Origin: Amoebophrya sp. A120
Taxonomy: Eukaryota > Protista > Dinoflagellata
Length of the DNA stretch: 8,708 nt
Assembly: GCA_905178155.1 (NCBI GenBank)
Contig: CAJINV010000027.1
Location: 339,125-347,832, forward strand
Reading direction: 5' to 3'
Positions 7,601 through 8,708 of this stretch are shown in pieces (within the stretch, counting starts at the first letter, position 1; each line of letters opens with the position of its first letter). The translations under genes and the position numbers were made by a program. The notes below the pieces were generated by a model. That model was not told the origin of the DNA. It saw only the letters and a program-made list of their open reading frames with translations, and ran no database searches.

Positions 7601-8638
7601 TGTCAAGGCGGTTCCTGTAGCCAGCGTCTCGAGCTGTGCCCACGCAGTTCCTGGGCGGCGCTGTTTTACCCACGACTTGTAGGCCTTCAACTCCGAGAAG
7701 AGCTTTTCCGGGTCTTTCGCCGAAATCTCCAATGTAGCAGCAGCAGGCTTTGCGAAGCCGGCGTCTTGCTCTGCTCCACCACCGTCCGGGCGAGCTAACA
7801 GCTTGAGCAAGAGTTCTTCTCCCTTCGTTTCGCGATCCAGCGCACTGTTGTGGATGACAAAGGTCGCGCGGAACTGACCCTTCTCGGTCACTTTCAGGGT
7901 CACGGGGGTGCTGCTCCCGAGGCTCGCCTTCATTTTCTTCGCCAGCTTCTGTTTGAAGATTTCCGCTTCCAGGTGCTTCTTCATGTACATTTTCTCGGCA
8001 ACTACTTCGCCAGCAATGCCCTCGTCCGTGCATTTCAGATCCATGAAAACCATGCACGGAATCTTTAACAGCTTCTCTTTCACCTCCTTCAGTTTCTGAC
8101 CGTCCTGCTCGTCCTCGCTCAGGTCGTCGAGCACAGCAAGGTAAGAGTCGAAGGTGTTACGGAGCTGACCAGTCTCGAGACGAGTCTCGAGGACAACCTC
8201 GGGCAAAACTTCTTCTTCAACATCTTCCGCCTGACCGTCCAGGTCCTCGCTGCCCCAGTCGCCCTGAGCTTCCTGCTGTTGTTCCTCGTTGTGGAGGTTC
8301 TGGCGGACGGTTCTGGCGCGGGGACGCCGGGCTCCTTTCTGTTCGCCGTTCGGGTCGTGGAGGACTGCGGTCCCTTCCACGATCTGGGTCCAGTACTTCC
8401 TGTCCAAGTCCGCCTTGCTGACCGAGTTCCGCAGACTGATTTGCAAAAATTGGCCGAGTTTTTCTGCATAAGCGTGGCGCGGCACACTAATGAAGCGGGC
8501 CCCGTCTGCGTACTCCGCAGTAAAATAAAAACAACTGCCTCTATACCCTACGTAGGTAAACGAGCGACCGTCTTGATGATCATAACCTTCTCCGGGTTTT
8601 AGCGTCGGCCCGGCGGCGAAGACGTTCGTCGTTGCCAT
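4610..8638 (-). CDS. gag: Gag-protease polyprotein (ORF1, 1342 aa)
   Basis: ATG at 8638 is in a strong context (AAG ATG G) with an in-frame TAG upstream at 8689-8687. The ORF has a helical/charged central region, a Cys/His cluster at 6617-6853 and a protease-like DSG motif at 5839-5831. It ends at TGA 4612-4610. The Gag assignment is positional, since no canonical capsid motif was recognised. Confidence 0.8.
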   Translation of the reverse strand: MATTNVFAAGPTLKPGEGYDHQDGRSFTYVGYRGSCFYFTAEYADGARFISVPRHAYAEKLGQFLQISLRNSVSKADLDRKYWTQIVEGTAVLHDPNGEQKGARRPRARTVRQNLHNEEQQQEAQGDWGSEDLDGQAEDVEEEVLPEVVLETRLETGQLRNTFDSYLAVLDDLSEDEQDGQKLKEVKEKLLKIPCMVFMDLKCTDEGIAGEVVAEKMYMKKHLEAEIFKQKLAKKMKASLGSSTPVTLKVTEKGQFRATFVIHNSALDRETKGEELLLKLLARPDGGGAEQDAGFAKPAAATLEISAKDPEKLFSELKAYKSWVKQRRPGTAWAQLETLATGTALTAWKRVRDSLNGMIGDHKATVTDDLHAAAARDWVDDMKAVVGLEPLKELDLQRKSLEAVRCEGGQPSQLAAFVSNFTAEFEELMRARKKFKNFYWSLGTQADTNQEMSDLNNHVLYNSGLPPWVVSRVETKIDDIPEAHLSLQKVLEPIRSAANKKQGKEIFMSKIEKTGRYGGQREEEIDPDLEANHQQNSYGNAGQPYPIRPDGGRRQVFGSNQDECEAVAHGAQEHYMAEQKQTQVLLHGEKLVSKRCPTCSDAEKKDVFHLVPESPRPGIPDAAECCPTFWASAPNSAFRRRRDAGKCSVWTKKGVCGCSTKMTRFINSAEFGKHTEEVAQLKTRGEHIPLADALDRCSRVPFVKLPATFGGLRGFDAGALGNMDNETEDNGEDVKPVAAPGGAVEGDGQDDAHLPRITITAGKGAPTSWAIREDGKACGRLTQVSAPCQKEVLNVTGRDAPRKGRLVSAKASNLRLHDYEFFTQIIAAERFTYKLPEGLTAVRVNLQEDLQSMIARYWVTESGQLFAECNQFSVASVGNDVEAPKSPNNAPADELKGEQGAEMNLMKTGEDGPYVMVNLMHDGQAFARVCCQKDSGCLVNRQQQSVISQEMYERHRDKALHEETADVVITFGRKQHTRRIQSKYLTLQIAIEGVNNGGKSWSQAVKFLVVPDLSEDMACGYAMYMQLGLGFERAPTYLVARNVPKDLHSFGVDGMLIKMGEDVKMGTMLVVPSGEEIEVDVAEVVRPLVTDPQCAYVLDVSEQVKTKGLTFYPGPAVLHVNSFPETMPISLYNPNQRVRTIALEDVIELKTTKLPPLQVEALETDQNEAAGRIELPKPNTSGKPKPDKEEKLLHADEDNALKAAASETNDKSTDLSYTNTPASPPVAQKKKPKQVTFDLDFLEPKQSLLPESGSFAHMIPDLAFVPRKQRREAELIKKKAKKAGVVLQDDREALARSYGGVGSVGDRDMRQALKAIPHEQDAEAFLKEVKDSNDASLLQSVA
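5546..5905 (-). other. Retropepsin-like aspartic protease domain
   Basis: PYVMVNL...RVCCQKDSGC...SVIS, later followed by VKFLVVPDLSEDMACGYAMY. This matches the D-[ST]-G motif plus the C-terminal F-x-V-V...D-x-(ILG) pattern in divergent form. Confidence 0.7.
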
Positions 8639-8708
8639 CTTGACGCGTTGGGTTCGTGGTTGTAGGTGTCTTTCGTGTCGGTGGCGCTATGGAACTCGTC
8701 GGGAACGA

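Larger units (their letters stand above)
1..8708 (-). mobile_element. Ty3/Gypsy-type LTR retrotransposon / Metaviridae-like element (internal region plus 3' non-coding region; 5' LTR not visible)
   Basis: Domain order Gag-PR-RT-RNaseH-IN, with integrase after RT/RNase H, is the Ty3/Gypsy (not Copia) arrangement. The ORFs are uninterrupted except for one in-frame UGA. Exact ends cannot be defined from this window. Confidence 0.9.

Noticed and set aside
932-8602. Many plus-strand and alternative-frame ORFs (e.g. 1157-1951, 6210-6815, 7557-8057)
   Set aside because: They lie wholly within the long gag/pol frames, show no recognisable motifs, and are expected shadows of GC-rich coding sequence.
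8639-8708. 5' LTR, primer-binding site, or terminal repeat matching the window start (aactc..gtc..gaac)
   Set aside because: Only a gapped, very short resemblance to 1-20. The TGGCGC at 8682-8687 is on the wrong strand for a PBS.

Overview
The window holds one apparently intact, divergent Ty3/Gypsy (Metaviridae-like) LTR retroelement on the minus strand. ORF1 (8638-4610) encodes a Gag-like region, an atypical Cys/His cluster and an aspartic protease (DSG). ORF2 (to 749) encodes RT, RNase H and integrase. The two ORFs are in the same frame and separated by a single stop in the leaky context UGA-CUAG, predicting a 2629-aa readthrough polyprotein, with the stop placed after the protease. A ~50-nt segment just downstream of that UGA (4532-4580) is complementary to the start of the 3' UTR ~3.8 kb away (684-736), suggesting a long-range RNA duplex that may control recoding. 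The AT-richer 3' non-coding region contains a long hairpin over the putative polypurine tract and four copies of a GTATTG-N12/13-TCAAT inverted motif. No 5' LTR or primer-binding site is visible, so the element boundaries and the host cannot be determined.
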